The notes under the pieces: model-generated | Told to the model about the DNA's origin: nothing | What the model saw: the letters and a program-made list of their open reading frames with translations, nothing else | The model's database searches: none | NCBI GenBank assembly: GCA_964016885.1 | Contig: OZ024740.1 | Location: 361,708,001-361,772,000, forward strand | DNA: 64,000 nucleotides | Source: Eledone cirrhosa | Lineage: Eukaryota | Reading direction: 5' to 3' | Position numbers and translations under genes: made by a program | Shown: in pieces, positions 39,117 to 52,759 of the stretch | Layout of the letters: every line of letters begins with the position of its first letter | Position numbering within the stretch: position 1 is the stretch's first letter

Positions 39117-42100
39117 ACATAATACATTCATTAACTCCTAAACTAACAGAAGTGTTATATTTACCATGTGAGTAGTGTTTATGTTATCTTAACCACGAAA
39201 TTTATTATCTCTATACAAACTGCATAAAATCGACATTCTCTATTCTGATTTGTGTTCTGTGTGGGGTTTTACACTTCCATCTGTTTCGACGTGGAGTGTT
39301 CCAGTTATTCCAGAACCGACAGCAAGTGGCTGTGAATTCCACAGTCACGTGAGCACTTAATGTAGTTTTCAAGGAGATTCAGCGTGACATAATATGTGAC
39401 AAGGCCCGCTCTTTGAATTATAATTACAACCCAATTTTGCCAGCTGAGTGGACTGGAGATGCAGGAAATAAAGTTTCTTGCTCAAGGATATTCCAGGAAA
39501 CAAGCTCATGACCATACGATCGTGAGCCGAAAACCCTAACAACTAAGCCACGTGCCTTCACATTTTCTAGTAATAACCAAACAATGACGCCAAATATACA
39601 CTTGTGTTATATTTATTTGTCCCACCAATTTTGCAGTTGCTAATTAATTTGTATGCTTTGAAAATCCAGAATCAGTAGAGTGTCGAAAAAATACTTTGTT
39701 TCGGCTCTCAGCGCTTTGAGTTGAAACTTCGCCGAGGTCAACTTTGCTTTATTCTTTTCAAAGTTATTAAATAAAATACCTGTCTAATACTGGGGCCTAT
39801 TCTTCCTCCAGTGCCATACGTTATTCTAAAGAAAAATAATATCTGATAACTTTTCTTAAATAGTTTAATTTATTTTATATCACAATCGTATTGTGTTTAC
39901 GTTGTGTTTACTTTGAGACCCTTAAATACTCATGGACTTGTAGGAGTATCGCCATAACATTCGGCATGTCTTGAGCACTTAAAACCTGGCAAAGTTCATC
40001 CCTCACCAGGTATAAACACAGCCGATTTCTTCTAGCAGAAGAAAGAGAAGATAAAGTGAGAAAGAGATATAGAGGAAGAATCGATCCCACCACTGGATTG
40101 GTACTTTATCAACCTCGAATGATGTAAGGCAAAGTTGACCTCGATAGGATTTGAACTCAGCTCAGAGCGGGAACCAATACTGAAAATCGTTCTATCCGAT
40201 GTTCTAACCACTCTGTCAATTCGCCGCCCAATTGTATCTTCGTCAGATGCACTTCATAGCGTTGTTATCATGAACTCATATAATTATAGAACACTTCTGG
40301 GTTTAGATGTTTTTTGTTTTATGCCATCCCCAACATTCAAGAATCTAACATATGATCAAATATGTTAGCGATGGAAGGTTTAAGGAGCGTGTAGTAAGAT
40401 CGAAATTTAAAAGTTTTGTTTGATGCAAATGACACTGTAAAGCAGATTAACTATAAGACAGTTGAATAAAATGAGGGCTATAACCCCTTGAGATAGAAAA
40501 AGAGAAGAGAATCACCCGCGGAATCGAACCATACTACTGCCCTATGCTGACAAGCTGTGTTACCTCTTCAGGTTATTTTGTCTACTTTTTCCTGCCTCGA
40601 AGGGTTATATCCTCGATTTTATACAACTATATTGTAGCTAATATGCATTGTAATATAATTTCAATAAAGCAAAATATACTCTTAAATGATCAAATATATC
40701 CAATAGACAGAAAACCAAACAGGTGTTAGATCAACTTTTTCTCATTGGTGGATTTAATTATTTTAACTGAAGATATGCGGAATCCAGTAGTATCCTAATG
40801 CATACAGCCAACTGTAACTAAATAGCAATTATGAGGCTAACATTCCTGTAGTATTTCAACTGCTACTCTATACAGGCAGCAATGCCAAAGCATTGGGTTT
40901 TTAAACAAAATATGACTGTAAAGATACTAGTATATCATATGTAAAGTATTCACTGACGTCACATATGACATTGATACTGGTAGCTTTCTTTCCTGCAACA
41001 TATCAAGCAGTACACCCACCTATTCCCAACTGTTAACTTAAATACCTGGAAGATGTGTTAAAAAGTCGAAAAGAAAAACTGTTCTTCTTCGCATCCTATT
41101 TCACTGCCCCCAAATCCTATTCATTTTCTTTCAATTTGGCAATGTTCCAAAGCTAAAATTGCTAGGAAACTCAAAAGATCATATATTATGTCATATTATT
41201 TCCTTATAACCACCAGATCAAGATAGAGTTACTGAACGGATCAAAATTTCGGCGTTACATATCACACCACTCGTTTTCTACATCATGGTTATCAATATGT
41301 GTGAATCTACGAACATGTTCAAATAAAATGTCATTCTTTTTACACCAAACACACCATGAACCAAATTTTTCAGCAGACCAAAGTATAGTACATATGAAAT
41401 AGGGATAGCCTTCGAAAATAAGGTTGCAAATATTGAGGTAACAAGGTTGGATAAGGAAGAATGAGAAAGAGAGAGAGGCACACACGAGTGATAAAAAAGA
41501 GGGAAAAACGAGAAACGAGAGAATCTGGATGTCATATTGGCACTGTTCATTAGTCTCGATATATTTCAGACAAGATGCCCATGTTCAAGGGAGTTACTAA
41601 AAGCGTCGTAGGACATTGTTAGACCTCCATATCAAGTGACTTGACTTAAGTTTATTTGTTGAAACTGTTACATCGCAGAAGGCTCAGTTTTTGCCACTTA
41701 ATGAAACAAGTCCTTATGAAAAACATCTAAAAATGTAGGACAGAGATTTTGGTTGCTTCAGTCATTTCTTAAATATATTCGATTTATTTATTGAGTTGTA
41801 TATAGGAAATTAAGTACTGTATATGATATTTGTTTGTACATACATAATAAATAAATAAAACCTGAAAAATATCATATTGATCGTTTTAATACTTGGTAGT
41901 TGTTTCTAATTAAACAGGGTTAGCTAGTTTTAAATTAAATACAAAGGATTCAAACAATAAGGACCTCAAAATACATAGCGACATTTGAGACAGACTGTGT
42001 AGTGTATTGTAGTATTATATGTTTTGATGTGAATGATAAATGGAGTTTAATAACACAATACAATCATTTAGTACAGGATTCGATCTTACATCATGGAATT

Positions 42101-42344
42101 TTGGGCATGTGTCATTTATCATATCCTCGATGGACCTATGCCTTGCGAGTCAAACTGGTTAAACAGTAACTGTTTACAAACCCATCTGCCTGAGAATTAC
42201 TTTAAGGGTACACGTGTTTGTGGAAGGGTCAGTTATGTATACGTTAATTTCATCAGCGGGATGTTCCGCGATGAAACACACGGAACAATCATCCTAGAAA
42301 CCGAAGGAAGACCAACGCTGATTTTTTATTATTATTTGGTTTAA

Positions 42345-42510
42345 AGGGCGGTGGATTGGCAGTATCGGTAGAGAGTCGGACACCATGCTTTGAAGCATAG
42401 AGTTCAAATCCCGCCGAGGTTAACTTTGCCTTTCATCCTTACGGGGTCGATAAAATAAAGTACCAGTAATGTACTGGGTATTTGCTGGCCTTGTGCCTAA
42501 AATAGAAACA
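42345..42510 (+). mobile_element. tRNA-derived SINE with MetaSINE-like core; about 20 copies or fragments, e.g. 335-470, 480-690(-), 23715-23895(-), 36163-36370, 40080-40230(-), 47660-47860(-), 47885-48065(-), 50279-50430, 51677-51835, 59335-59515(-), 63275-63436(-)
   Basis: gagttcaaatcc B box then aactttgcctttcatcctt.cggggtcgataaaataaagtaccag, repeated through the window. Confidence 0.8.
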
Positions 42511-43421
42511 ATTATTTGGTTTAATGAGTGTTATGTGTTTTTTTTTACTGTTCAGTCAGAGAAAGAATGTCAGTGTTCAGGACCTCTCAGACAAATGCCA
42601 GGGAAGAATTCTCTAACTGGAGACCAGGTTCGAATGATTACAATAGGGTGGACTCTGTTAAACGTACTCTAGGGCAATGTGGTAGTATAAAACCGGGCGA
42701 CAGATTAAGTCTACCATCGTCCGGTTTAACACCACTACCTAGTCTTTAAGTGCCTTTTGTGCAGTCCTGTCTATTGCATGTGATGGATCTAAATAACTTA
42801 AAGTATAATAGTGTGACGTAATGTAGTTTTATTGAAGACTATGTCAAGTGTAGTAAGATGTATATTCAATTATGTAATAGGATACAAGGAAGGCGTGGCT
42901 AGTGGTTCAACTCACGATATTAAGGTTGTGAGTTCAATTCCCGGTGGCGCGTTGTGGCTTTGAGCAAGACACTTCATTTCGTGCTGCTCAAGTCTACTCG
43001 CCCCTGTATTTTGAAAATCTAATCTTATTACATTCTGTTTAACGCTAAATCTGCCTGGGAACTGCTAATGGAATACTCAATCACTTGCATGTTAATTGCA
43101 CGAGCAGGCTGTTCTGTTGATTGAACAATTGGAACACTCGTCGTCGCAACTGACGGAAATTTATCACGGATACAAACACATATCATTCTATAATCTAAAG
43201 GGGTAATTCTAACGGTGAAATTTAATGTGTGTTTATGAAGTTTAAGAGACAGGTTAATTCTCAACATCGTAATATATTTAATTAATGCGTTTGTAAAAAG
43301 CCATCCAAACTTGTTTAGGTTATTCCCTCAGCATTGCTTGTAGGTAGGAGAGGGGGTTATAAGTGAATTTAAACTGTGTCTTTCTGAGCTAAAATATCAC
43401 AACCTTGAGAATTAGTTTTCA

Positions 43422-43874
43422 ACACATCATATTTATAAGACGAAGTTGAATCAATTTCAAAAATCACACAAGTATATTTGCATCTGTATTTATCATTGGT
43501 AGTAAACAAAAGGAAGCAATCATGTAGCTAGAGTCATGTTAGGATCTCGGGTGTATAATACTGTAGATTGAATAAAATTGCGATCATTGGAAGGAATGAC
43601 AAGTTGTTGGTTATGTTCTGTTGATCATCATGTGATATGGCAGCAAGAATATTATTGTAGTTTAATGTTCTTGCTGCCATATCACATGCATGATGATGAA
43701 CAGAACATAACCAACAACTTGTCCTTCCTTCCAATGATCGCAATTTTATTCAATCTACAGTATTATACACCCGAGATCCTAACATGTTGTTTACTACCAA
43801 TGATAAAGACAGATGGAAATATACTTGTGTGATTTTTGACAATGATACAACTTCGTCTTCTAAACATGATGTGT
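43422..43874. repeat. Imperfect palindrome of about 450 bp (fold-back or MITE-like)
   Basis: Arms are reverse complementary around about 43657, with an indel of about 25 bp; no HHR and no (TA)n flank seen. Confidence 0.9.
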
Positions 43875-44066
43875 ATGTAATTTGATGTTAAAATCTAACG
43901 ACTCATCTCCGCATGCTGTCTCTGTGCGGTGGTTTGGTTACAGCACAGCAGATGTATCGCTTGATTCTCGTTTAATGTATCATCACGTTTTTTTTAATCA
44001 TATGTCACTTGTATATATTTATATCATTAAAAACATTTAACCAATATATATATATATATATATATA

Positions 44067-45788
44067 CACCCGCCACTCTCCTCAGGGTCGAACAACGAAC
44101 CATCTTCACCCTACAGACTCACACTCCCCCGGCCTGAACTCCCCACCCTTATTCCTTTAGCCTTCGACCGCCCCCCTCCCCCCACACATATCCCCCACTA
44201 ACACCACTAACACACCCTCCTTTTCACCGCCGACCCCACAACTAACTATACTAACACCTCCACCCCACACCCGACAACCTTCCCCAACTAACATACTAAC
44301 ATCCCTCCCTTCTTCTCCTCCCCCTCCTTATCACACGCACACACACCGGTACATATATACACGCGCTCACACTAAACACACACCCTACTACCACCACTTA
44401 CCCTCACCCCCACACATCCACCCCACCACCCCGCAACTAACATCACTAACACCCCCCGACCCCAAGCACACGAACATACACACCCACTTACACCACCCAC
44501 TCTACACGCAACTAACATCACTAACACCCCCCAACCCTACGCACACGAACACACACACCCTCTTACACCACCCACTCTACACACCCTACCACCACTGACC
44601 CCCACTCACACCCGCATTCAACCCTTTCTCCACCTCCAGTATACTAACACCCACTAACACCCCCTTCACCACACACACACTCATCCAAACACGCACACAC
44701 ACACACCAGTACACTACACTCCCTCCATCGGCCCCCACACCCTTCTCTCCCCGCTCCACCCACACCCTTTCTCTCACACACAAACATCCCACTAACACCT
44801 CTACTAATACACACACACCCCCTCCTCACTCCAACTTTCACACCTACCCATCCTCTCCTCTGTCCACCGCACCTCCGCACACACTGACACACCGACTTTC
44901 TTCACTTACCATTCTACCCTACTGTTGCTATGCCCTTATCTCTGACCACCTCCCCGCGCACACAGACACACAACCCTCCTCCTGCCTTGACCCTCTGACC
45001 ACTTCCTGTTGCGCGCGCACCCCACATCTCCCCTCTTCCGACCAATCTCTTCACGGATTACACATATGTGAACATCGATCCCTAGAATCCACCACATCCC
45101 AAGGATGTTACTCAGCATTCCACCACATCGTCTCCGGAACTACCTTAAGGACTCACCCACTGACATACACCCCAAAATATTTTTTTCCCCCACGCCACCT
45201 ACATCCACAACACGCATAAACACCACACACACACGTGCGTACCACCACATATTTACACATTCAGCCTCCGGAATCCTCTCCCCCACCCCTCTATCCACAC
45301 ACGCACACACACTCCGACCTACACGCCACCCCACACACACCTCTTCCTGAACATGCAACCCCGTTCTTCCCCCAACTCTTACTTTCACATACACACACAC
45401 ACACACGTACACCTACACACACACACCACCTTCAGCCCTCCCCGCTCGGACTCCTCGCCTCCCTCTCCCCACTCCACCCGCCACCACCCCTACACGCCCC
45501 ACATCATTCCACCACCTGTTTTACTTCATGTGTATTTTTATTTTTATTTTTATCATGCTTTTATATTTAATTTCATTTGTACCGTTTCCTCTCACCCCCT
45601 TTTTTCTATATGTCTCTCCACCACTCCCCTACACACCCTTGGAACTCTCTTCCCACACACTTTTCACCTGAAGAAGGGCTTATGCCCGAAACGTCGTTCC
45701 CCACCACCACCCCACTCTCAAGAGCGTGAAACTAATAAACCTTTGTTCGTACTGCCTCTCTGTTTTGTTCCCGTTCAATTTTTTACTA
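44067..45788 (+). mobile_element. 5'-truncated Penelope-like element: GIY-YIG C-terminus, long C/A-rich 3' region, HHR
   Basis: 44081-44160 reads LRVEQRTIFTLQTHTP/GLNSPPLFL* (one frameshift), matching the PLE E..I..L.T..P.GLN terminus; HHR at 45666-45697; (TA)n on both sides. Confidence 0.75.
45666..45697 (+). ncRNA. Minimal type I hammerhead motif
   Basis: ac CTGAAGA a gggc-ttat-gccc GAAAC GTC gt. Confidence 0.8.
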
Positions 45789-45809
45789 TATATATATATA
45801 TATATATAT

Positions 45810-45859
45810 AGTCTAACAAATTTCTTTCGTTGCACATCTGTAACATCATCAGTGGTACT
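45810..45859 (-). ncRNA. Degenerate type I hammerhead motif, related to the 34041-34626 family
   Basis: Minus strand: agtacca CTGATGA t gttaca-gatg-tgcaac GAAA gaaatttgt TA gact; shares nearby tacgccatttt. Confidence 0.6.
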
Positions 45860-45947
45860 ATTATCATGTTTCCTCCTACTGTATTGTATCGTATTGTAAT
45901 ATCTACGCCATTTTTATTTTATCTATTTATTTATTAATATATATTCA

Positions 45948-47254
45948 CTCATAGCGGAATCAATGGCCGAGCTAGAGAAGAAATTCCAAACATGGAAGCA
46001 CGGCCTAGAGTCAAAAGGACTTAAAATTAACCTGGCTAAGACCAAAGTTCTAGTTTGTAGGAAAGAAAACAAGGCGGCGGTCCCTTCTGGGAAATGGTCG
46101 TGCTCGGTATGTAGGAAAGGCGTAGGTAGAAACTCCATCTTATGTCCTAAATGCAAAGTATGGGTGCATAAAAGATGTAGTGGGATCACAGGTAAGCTAA
46201 CTAAGAACATAGACTTTACATGTGGCCGGTGTTCTGGTGCAATAAGTAGCAGCAAGTGCCCACAAAATACTAGCTCTTTCAATTGCGCAGAGGGTTCTAT
46301 AGAAATAGTGGACAGCTTCCGTTACCTGGGCGATAAAATCAGCAGTGGGGGAGGGTGCTCTGAAAGTACTGTAGCTAGAGTCAGAACTGGTTGGAAAAAG
46401 TTCAGAGAGCTTATACCACTATTAGCTGCTAAAGGGTTCTCCCTAAAAATGAAAGGCAGGTTGTACGATGCCTGCATACGAACAGCAATGTTGCATGGTA
46501 GTGAGACCTGGGCATTGTGTGCAGAAGATATACGCAGACTAGAGAGGAACGAAGCTTGCATGCTCCGCTGGATGTGTAACAGTAATATACGTGAACGGCA
46601 AAGCATAAACGAACTAAGGAAAAAATTAGAGATAAGAGGGATCAGATGTTGTTTACTCGAGAGAAGGCTGCGTTGGTATGGACACGTGATGCGCATGAAA
46701 GTCGATAGCTGTATTACAAAGTGCAGGGCAATAAAGATAGACGGTAGCCACGGAATAGGCAGACCTAGAAAAACATGGGATGAGCTGATAAACTCCGACC
46801 TCACACACTTACACCTCTCCAAGACAATGTCACTGGACCGTGACCTTTGGCGGTACTCAGTAACAGAGAAGACCCGCCTTGCCAGTAGGCATCTCTAACA
46901 AAATACACCCCGTCCCGCCACCACCCCCACCCCATCCACACCACCCCGTTCTATGTAAAGTTATGTTGGTGCCGCGCCATCCAGGCCGAAACAAATGAGA
47001 TCGTGTAGGTGTCACGACAAAAAAACACACAGTCCACGCTGTAATGTGGCCGTGAAGGCAACACGGTAAAAACCTCCCAGACCCACACTGTAAATGTGGT
47101 TGGTGTTAGGAAGGGCATCCAACTGTAGAAAACCTGCCAGACAGTCCTATGCGAGCAAGACAATCACTCTTGCCTCAAGTGGGACTACCCCCGTCCAAAC
47201 CCATGCAAGCGTGGAACACGGACGTTAAACGTTGATGATGATGATGATGATGAT
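45948..47254 (+). mobile_element. 5'-truncated RTE-clade LINE with 3' UTR and (GAT)n tail
   Basis: RT C-terminal motifs and a short tandem-repeat tail. Confidence 0.9.
45963..46898 (+). CDS. RTE LINE ORF, C-terminal part of reverse transcriptase with PHD-like zinc finger (partial, not a host gene)
   Basis: GLKINLAKTKV, FRYLG, MLHGSETW, RRLRWYGHVMR, GRPRKTW; CSVC..CPKC..H..C..CGRC. Confidence 0.85.
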   Translation: MAELEKKFQTWKHGLESKGLKINLAKTKVLVCRKENKAAVPSGKWSCSVCRKGVGRNSILCPKCKVWVHKRCSGITGKLTKNIDFTCGRCSGAISSSKCPQNTSSFNCAEGSIEIVDSFRYLGDKISSGGGCSESTVARVRTGWKKFRELIPLLAAKGFSLKMKGRLYDACIRTAMLHGSETWALCAEDIRRLERNEACMLRWMCNSNIRERQSINELRKKLEIRGIRCCLLERRLRWYGHVMRMKVDSCITKCRAIKIDGSHGIGRPRKTWDELINSDLTHLHLSKTMSLDRDLWRYSVTEKTRLASRHL

Positions 47255-47333
47255 ATATATTTATATTTATATAGAGAGAATAGAAAACACGAGGAAGTTT
47301 CATTTACATATGAAAAATATTTATTGCGTATCG

Positions 47334-47425
47334 ACCTGTTACGTGCGTTTCGCAGAGGATTGGCTCAAGGTGACCCATAGGAGTTATGGATCCAACGCCA
47401 GTATCGATCTGCTCGTCAGACTGGT
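47334..47425 (-). ncRNA. Type I hammerhead motif, long stem II
   Basis: Minus strand: accagt CTGACGA gcaga...tctgc GAAA cgcacg TA acaggt. Confidence 0.78.
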
Positions 47426-50400
47426 GATGTGACAAAATATATATTGTTGTCACATATACTGTACCGATTGTGTTGTTATTTCTGTTTACCTTTTACACAC
47501 ACACACACATGGGGAAAGAGAGTGTATGTGTGAGAGAGAAATAGAGGGAACATAGTAATGTTGGTGATGATTATCAACAATATAGATGGAAAAAATCCAT
47601 AAGGAAGTTTTTTGCACACCAGATACACATACGGTATGATCTTACAGATGTAATATAATGGCTTCTAATTTAGACCAACCATTTTCTAGGGAAGGAGAAA
47701 GTCGATTATAATGACACTAGTACTTTACAGGAACCTTACTTTATCGACTCTGGAGGATGAAAACAAAGTTGACCTCGACGGTATTTGAAACCAGACTGTA
47801 GAGAGCCGTAACGAAATACTGCAATGCATTTCATTCGACGAACTAACGATTCTGCCAATATCCTTCCCTATATATGTAATATAATTGTTTCTACTTTTTG
47901 GCACAAGGCCAACAATTATCCCAGTACATTACTGGTACTTTATTTTATCGACCCCGTAAGGATGAAAGGCAAAGTTAACCTCGGCGGGAATTGAACTCAG
48001 ATGGTAAAGGGACGTAACTATGCTGGAAAGCATAATCCAACCCTTTACCGATACTGCCAATTCACGTAATATAAGAAGTCAAAGAACTTTGATCATAAAT
48101 TCTCTGTTGGTGTGCTTAAAACCCTAAAGTAACAAGCAAAGGGGGTATTATTTTTGTACTTACAGTTCCATTGATGCCCTCCGTAATCCCATCGATTTCC
48201 TGTGTAGTTCAATCAACCCCTGGATGGTCCAGCGATGGACCTCCGTCGGTTTTGACGATTAGTGTCCCAGTTGCCGCATCTGCTTTTACTAATTTTATTA
48301 TAATACAATGGGTGTCTTACAAATGGTTTTAAATACTCGTATTTTAAATCCAAAGTAGCGAATAGGCAGAGTCGTTAGAATGTCAGATGGAATGCCTTTC
48401 GGTATTCATCCCGATTCACTGCGACCTCTGAGTTCGAGGAGTGAATAATATCTTGGTAGGGGTGAATAAAAGCTTAGGGGCCACCTGATGTTGAATTTAC
48501 TAGTTTGCATTTATTAATGCCTTTATATGGGGAGAACAAAAATCGCTGGATCATCGAGATTAGCTTCCTATTACAAAATAATTCAAGCATTAAAAGCGCA
48601 TTTACATCTATAATTTACTGATTCTTTTCTCGCGTAAGCTGTATCAAACATTGGAAAATTAGTTTTATTTTGTGATTTTATATTCGATTAATATGAATAG
48701 GAAATTATATTTGGTTGCAAGGGTAGGGTCTATCAAGTAAGAAGTTTGAGAAGCCAAGCACTGCAATATTATAATTGGAGAGAAGGCACAATGTCTCAGT
48801 GTGTAGAAATGTGTTTTTCTAATATGACCTCGAATAAATATAGGAACTATTTGTACTTTAACAAGTTTTACTTATAAGACATTGGAGTTGAAAAGATAAA
48901 AGGTGCCTGTTTCATGAAAGTTTTGAATAAAACTTTGTTGAACATAAAAATAATTCTGGTTGATTATTGGAGAGATCAAAGAGATCTTAAGAACCACCAG
49001 TAAAAAGTACCAGAACTGACTCAAGTGTAAGAAGAGAAAATATAATTATATATCGCAGGTAACATTGAATAATATGTTTGTTCAAGAATTTAAGTACGAA
49101 GGACTAGCCATATTCTGATAAAACAGTAATCTAGTATAAGTATAATTTAGCTGCTGTACACAGGGCAGAGCTTGTTTCATAATTTTCAGTAACTTTATCA
49201 TTGAAATTCATAGTATTTTGGGACATGATTTTATGGGAGGCTTAGAAAGATATATAAAGGATATTCTATAAAATCAACACCATTTATATTCTCCTACAAT
49301 TGTGCATCTGTTTATACTTATCTTTTAGTAAACATTACCTTCCTACCTATATCTTCTACAACGAAAATAATTTAGCCATCAGTAAAATGCTGTTTATTAG
49401 TTGCGTCAGATAGCCGAAAATCGTTTGAATGGTGGCAGACATGCATTTAAATGCTTCATTGCTGAACAGCTGGAAATATTTGTGTATATTTTCTTTCTCT
49501 CTCTATTAAACTTATGTATTAATATCTTAAGAGGTATGGGAAAGAGAAATTATTGCACAATTTAAGAGGCAATACAGTGAAAATGTTGTAGGCAGTGATG
49601 ATAACACAGGAAATAGCAACAAAATCACCAACAGTAACAGCAGCAGTAACAACAACAACGACAATAACAACAACAGCAATGGTTTCTAATTTAGGCAAAA
49701 GACCAGCAATTTGGCAGGGAAGAAACAGTCAATTTCATCGATCCCAGTACTCAACTAGTACTTTATTCTATCAACCCCAGAAGGTTTAATGGTTAGGGCA
49801 TTCAGCTCACATCGTAAAGTCGCAAGGTTGTAAGTTCAATTCCCGGTGGAGGGTTGTGTCCTTTAGCAAGAGACTTTATTTCACGTTGCTTTAGCCCACA
49901 AAGCTGGAAAAATGAATTGTACCTGTTATTCAAAGAGTCAGCTTAATCAAATACTGTGCCACATTGAATCTACCCGAGAATTGTGTTATGGGTTATGTCT
50001 ATAGAATGCTCTGCTAATTGCACGTTAATTTCACGAGTAGGTTGTTTCATTGGTCAAACAACTGAACCATTGGTCGTCGGAATCGGCGGTGGTCTAACAA
50101 CATATATAAATCTTAAATGACAGGCGCTAGAAAATGATTACATGTTTATTGTATGATGATTACTTGGTATGGGAATAAGCAAAGCAAACATTTTAAAATT
50201 AAAAGAATATTATTTTATTCTTTCACAGACTGTACTGCTTTGAAGAGATTTAGTTAAACATATCAATACCAATAGCATAGGCGGCGAATTGGCAGAATCG
50301 TTAGAACGTCGGATAGAATTTTTATGGCATTCGTTCCGGCTCTCTGAGTTCAAATCCCGCGGAGGTCAACTTTGCCTTTCACCCTTACGAGGTCAATAAA

Positions 50401-52074
50401 AAAGTACCAGCCTAGTACTGGGGTCGATGCTTCCTCTCTCTGGAAGTAATCTGCTGTACTCAAACCTCGAGAAGGATGGGCTCCACCAGGCTTAAAATGT
50501 TCAAGAAACGCCGTATGTCAATACGGCACCCCACATCTCTACCAGGAGTTACGGACCATACATACATCAATACTTCTTTTTCATTTCATTGTTAAGATAA
50601 TATTTTCAAAACCATTCAACCAATCTACGTTATTTTTCTTCCAGTTATTTAATCCACCTGAAGTTGTATAAAAGACGAATAATGAATTATTGGTACTCTG
50701 TTTATTCTGAATACGATTTACAAAATGAAAAAATAGAAAATATACTTTTACTGCTACTATAAAGCAAGCAGGTAAATGATAGGACGCTTCGGTTCCGACG
50801 AGGAGCATTCCAGTTGTATGATCAATGGAACAACCAGCTCATGAAATTAACGCGCATTAGCCAAACATTCCACAGATACGTGTGCCCTTAACGTAATTCC
50901 CAGAGAAATTCAGTGTGACACAGTGCGTGACAAAGACAGGACTTTTGAGTTGTAGCAATAGGAAATAAAGTGTCTTGTTCAAGGATACAACGCGTCGCCG
51001 CGAATAGAATTCACGACCTTAAAATTTCGAGCCGAACACCTAACCACTAAGTCATTCTAGTACAAAATAATACCCTTCATTTATAACACCCATCGACCTA
51101 GATGAGATATCATCTTCACATTCAAATTTTAATCTCGTCAATTCGAGACAGCACAAACGTTTCGATCAGAAGAATTTTCTTCTAGCCCAGTTACAGATGT
51201 AGAAATTACTGTTTCCTCTAGCAAATAAAAAAAGTATTTCTATTATTCATCTTATAAATTAGTTTATTATAATTGATAGTCAGTATAATTATTATGGCGA
51301 CAACTAAGATTTATTATCCCGTTGGTGTACGCAACCATTGATATACAAAGAAACTGGAATGCTTGAGGTGTGTCCACACCAAGGCTTAAAACATTCTTAA
51401 ACAAAATGTTTAGAGCTTCTATAAACATTTCTAAGCAAATAGCTTATCTAGCTTTTTTATAGCCGCTATAAAGATTTTTAAGCAAATAGCTACATAACCC
51501 TATAACGATGAATCTCCGGAAGTATTTCGGTGATTAATTACAATAAATGTATATACATGTGTGGAGCTGAATTGTACTAAGCTGTTAAAATAAATATATG
51601 AAGTAGTATTTACAATATTAATTATAACTCATAAAATTATATATAACTACTTGTGTTGTTACATATTAAAGGGCAAAGGCGGAGAAGTGGCAGAGTCGCT
51701 AGAACGTCGGCTAAAATGCTTTGCGGTATTTGATCCGGCTTTCTGAGCTCTGAGATCAAATCCTTCCGAGGGCAACTGCGTGTTTCATCTTTTCGAGGTA
51801 GATGAATAAGGCACCAGTTTAATACTGAGGTCAATTCTTCCTCTTTCTCACTTATCTTTCTTTGTCTCTCTTTACATTTCCCTGGAAGAAATCAGGTGTG
51901 TTTTGAACTAGAGGGAGATGGGTTACGCCAGGTATAAAATGCCCCAAACACGCCATATGTTAGGCGACCATCCTACGATTCTATGAAGAGTTAAGGGCCT
52001 AGACACGTCGTGGCATAATATAAGGCCGTAGATATATGTTATATATATGTATGAGATGAAAGAATGGTATTTAA

Positions 52075-52758
52075 CTAATGTAATTGTACGCGATGGGGCC
52101 CACCCACAGCCCCGGCGGACCGAATGGAGAAGGTGTTTCCCCGGAGGACGGCAAGGGAGACGCGCTGGAAAAGCCACTCCAACTCGCGGGGCTCACACCT
52201 ACGGCTGGCCAGCTCAGCGTCTATGGTGGTGAGTAAGGAGGTAGCCCTGGGGCCGAGGACACCAGAAGTTTCCACTGCCAGGGGAACGACCGCAAACCTG
52301 TTGGAGAGCGACCGGTATTTGAGGAGTTTGGCCCCTTCAGCCCGACCTGCAGCAGAACCTGGGTCAGTCGCAGACTGCACCAGGTTGCGGCTGCAGAAAG
52401 TGTCGGTGCAAGTGGCATCCCAGACGAGGAGTTTGCCACCGCAGAACAGGAAGATGTCATCTGGCCTTTTGCCGTCCCCTCGATCCAGCCCCACCGGCTC
52501 GAGCTGGGAAGGGAAGCCTGCAGCGTCCAAGCCATGCTTAATGACCTCGTTGAGGGCAGTATGGCGTGGAATGCGGCCGGCACCGTGGCGACAGAAAAGC
52601 GGGTGGCGGCCGAAAGAGTCCACGGTGGAACCGCAGCGACATTGGTGTAAAGGGAAGCTAAACTCACAGCTTCCCCTGCCACTGGCACAGCACCAGATGC
52701 CAAAGGCAGAGGTCAGCCACCTGCTGACCGACAACTTGATGTAGCCACAACTATACAA
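52075..52758 (-). mobile_element. CRE-like non-LTR retrotransposon 3' part (zinc knuckle plus restriction-like endonuclease)
   Basis: CRCG..H..C, RH..LN, RPD..D.T, K..KY, PLAVETSG, QRVSLA..RGN. Confidence 0.85.
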
Positions 52759-52759
52759 G

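Noticed and set aside
40540-41550. Repeat-free stretch with protein-like minus-strand fragments (e.g. GSWCVWC, RRRTVFLFDFL)
   Set aside because: It has many stops and no family I can identify; tBLASTx would be needed.
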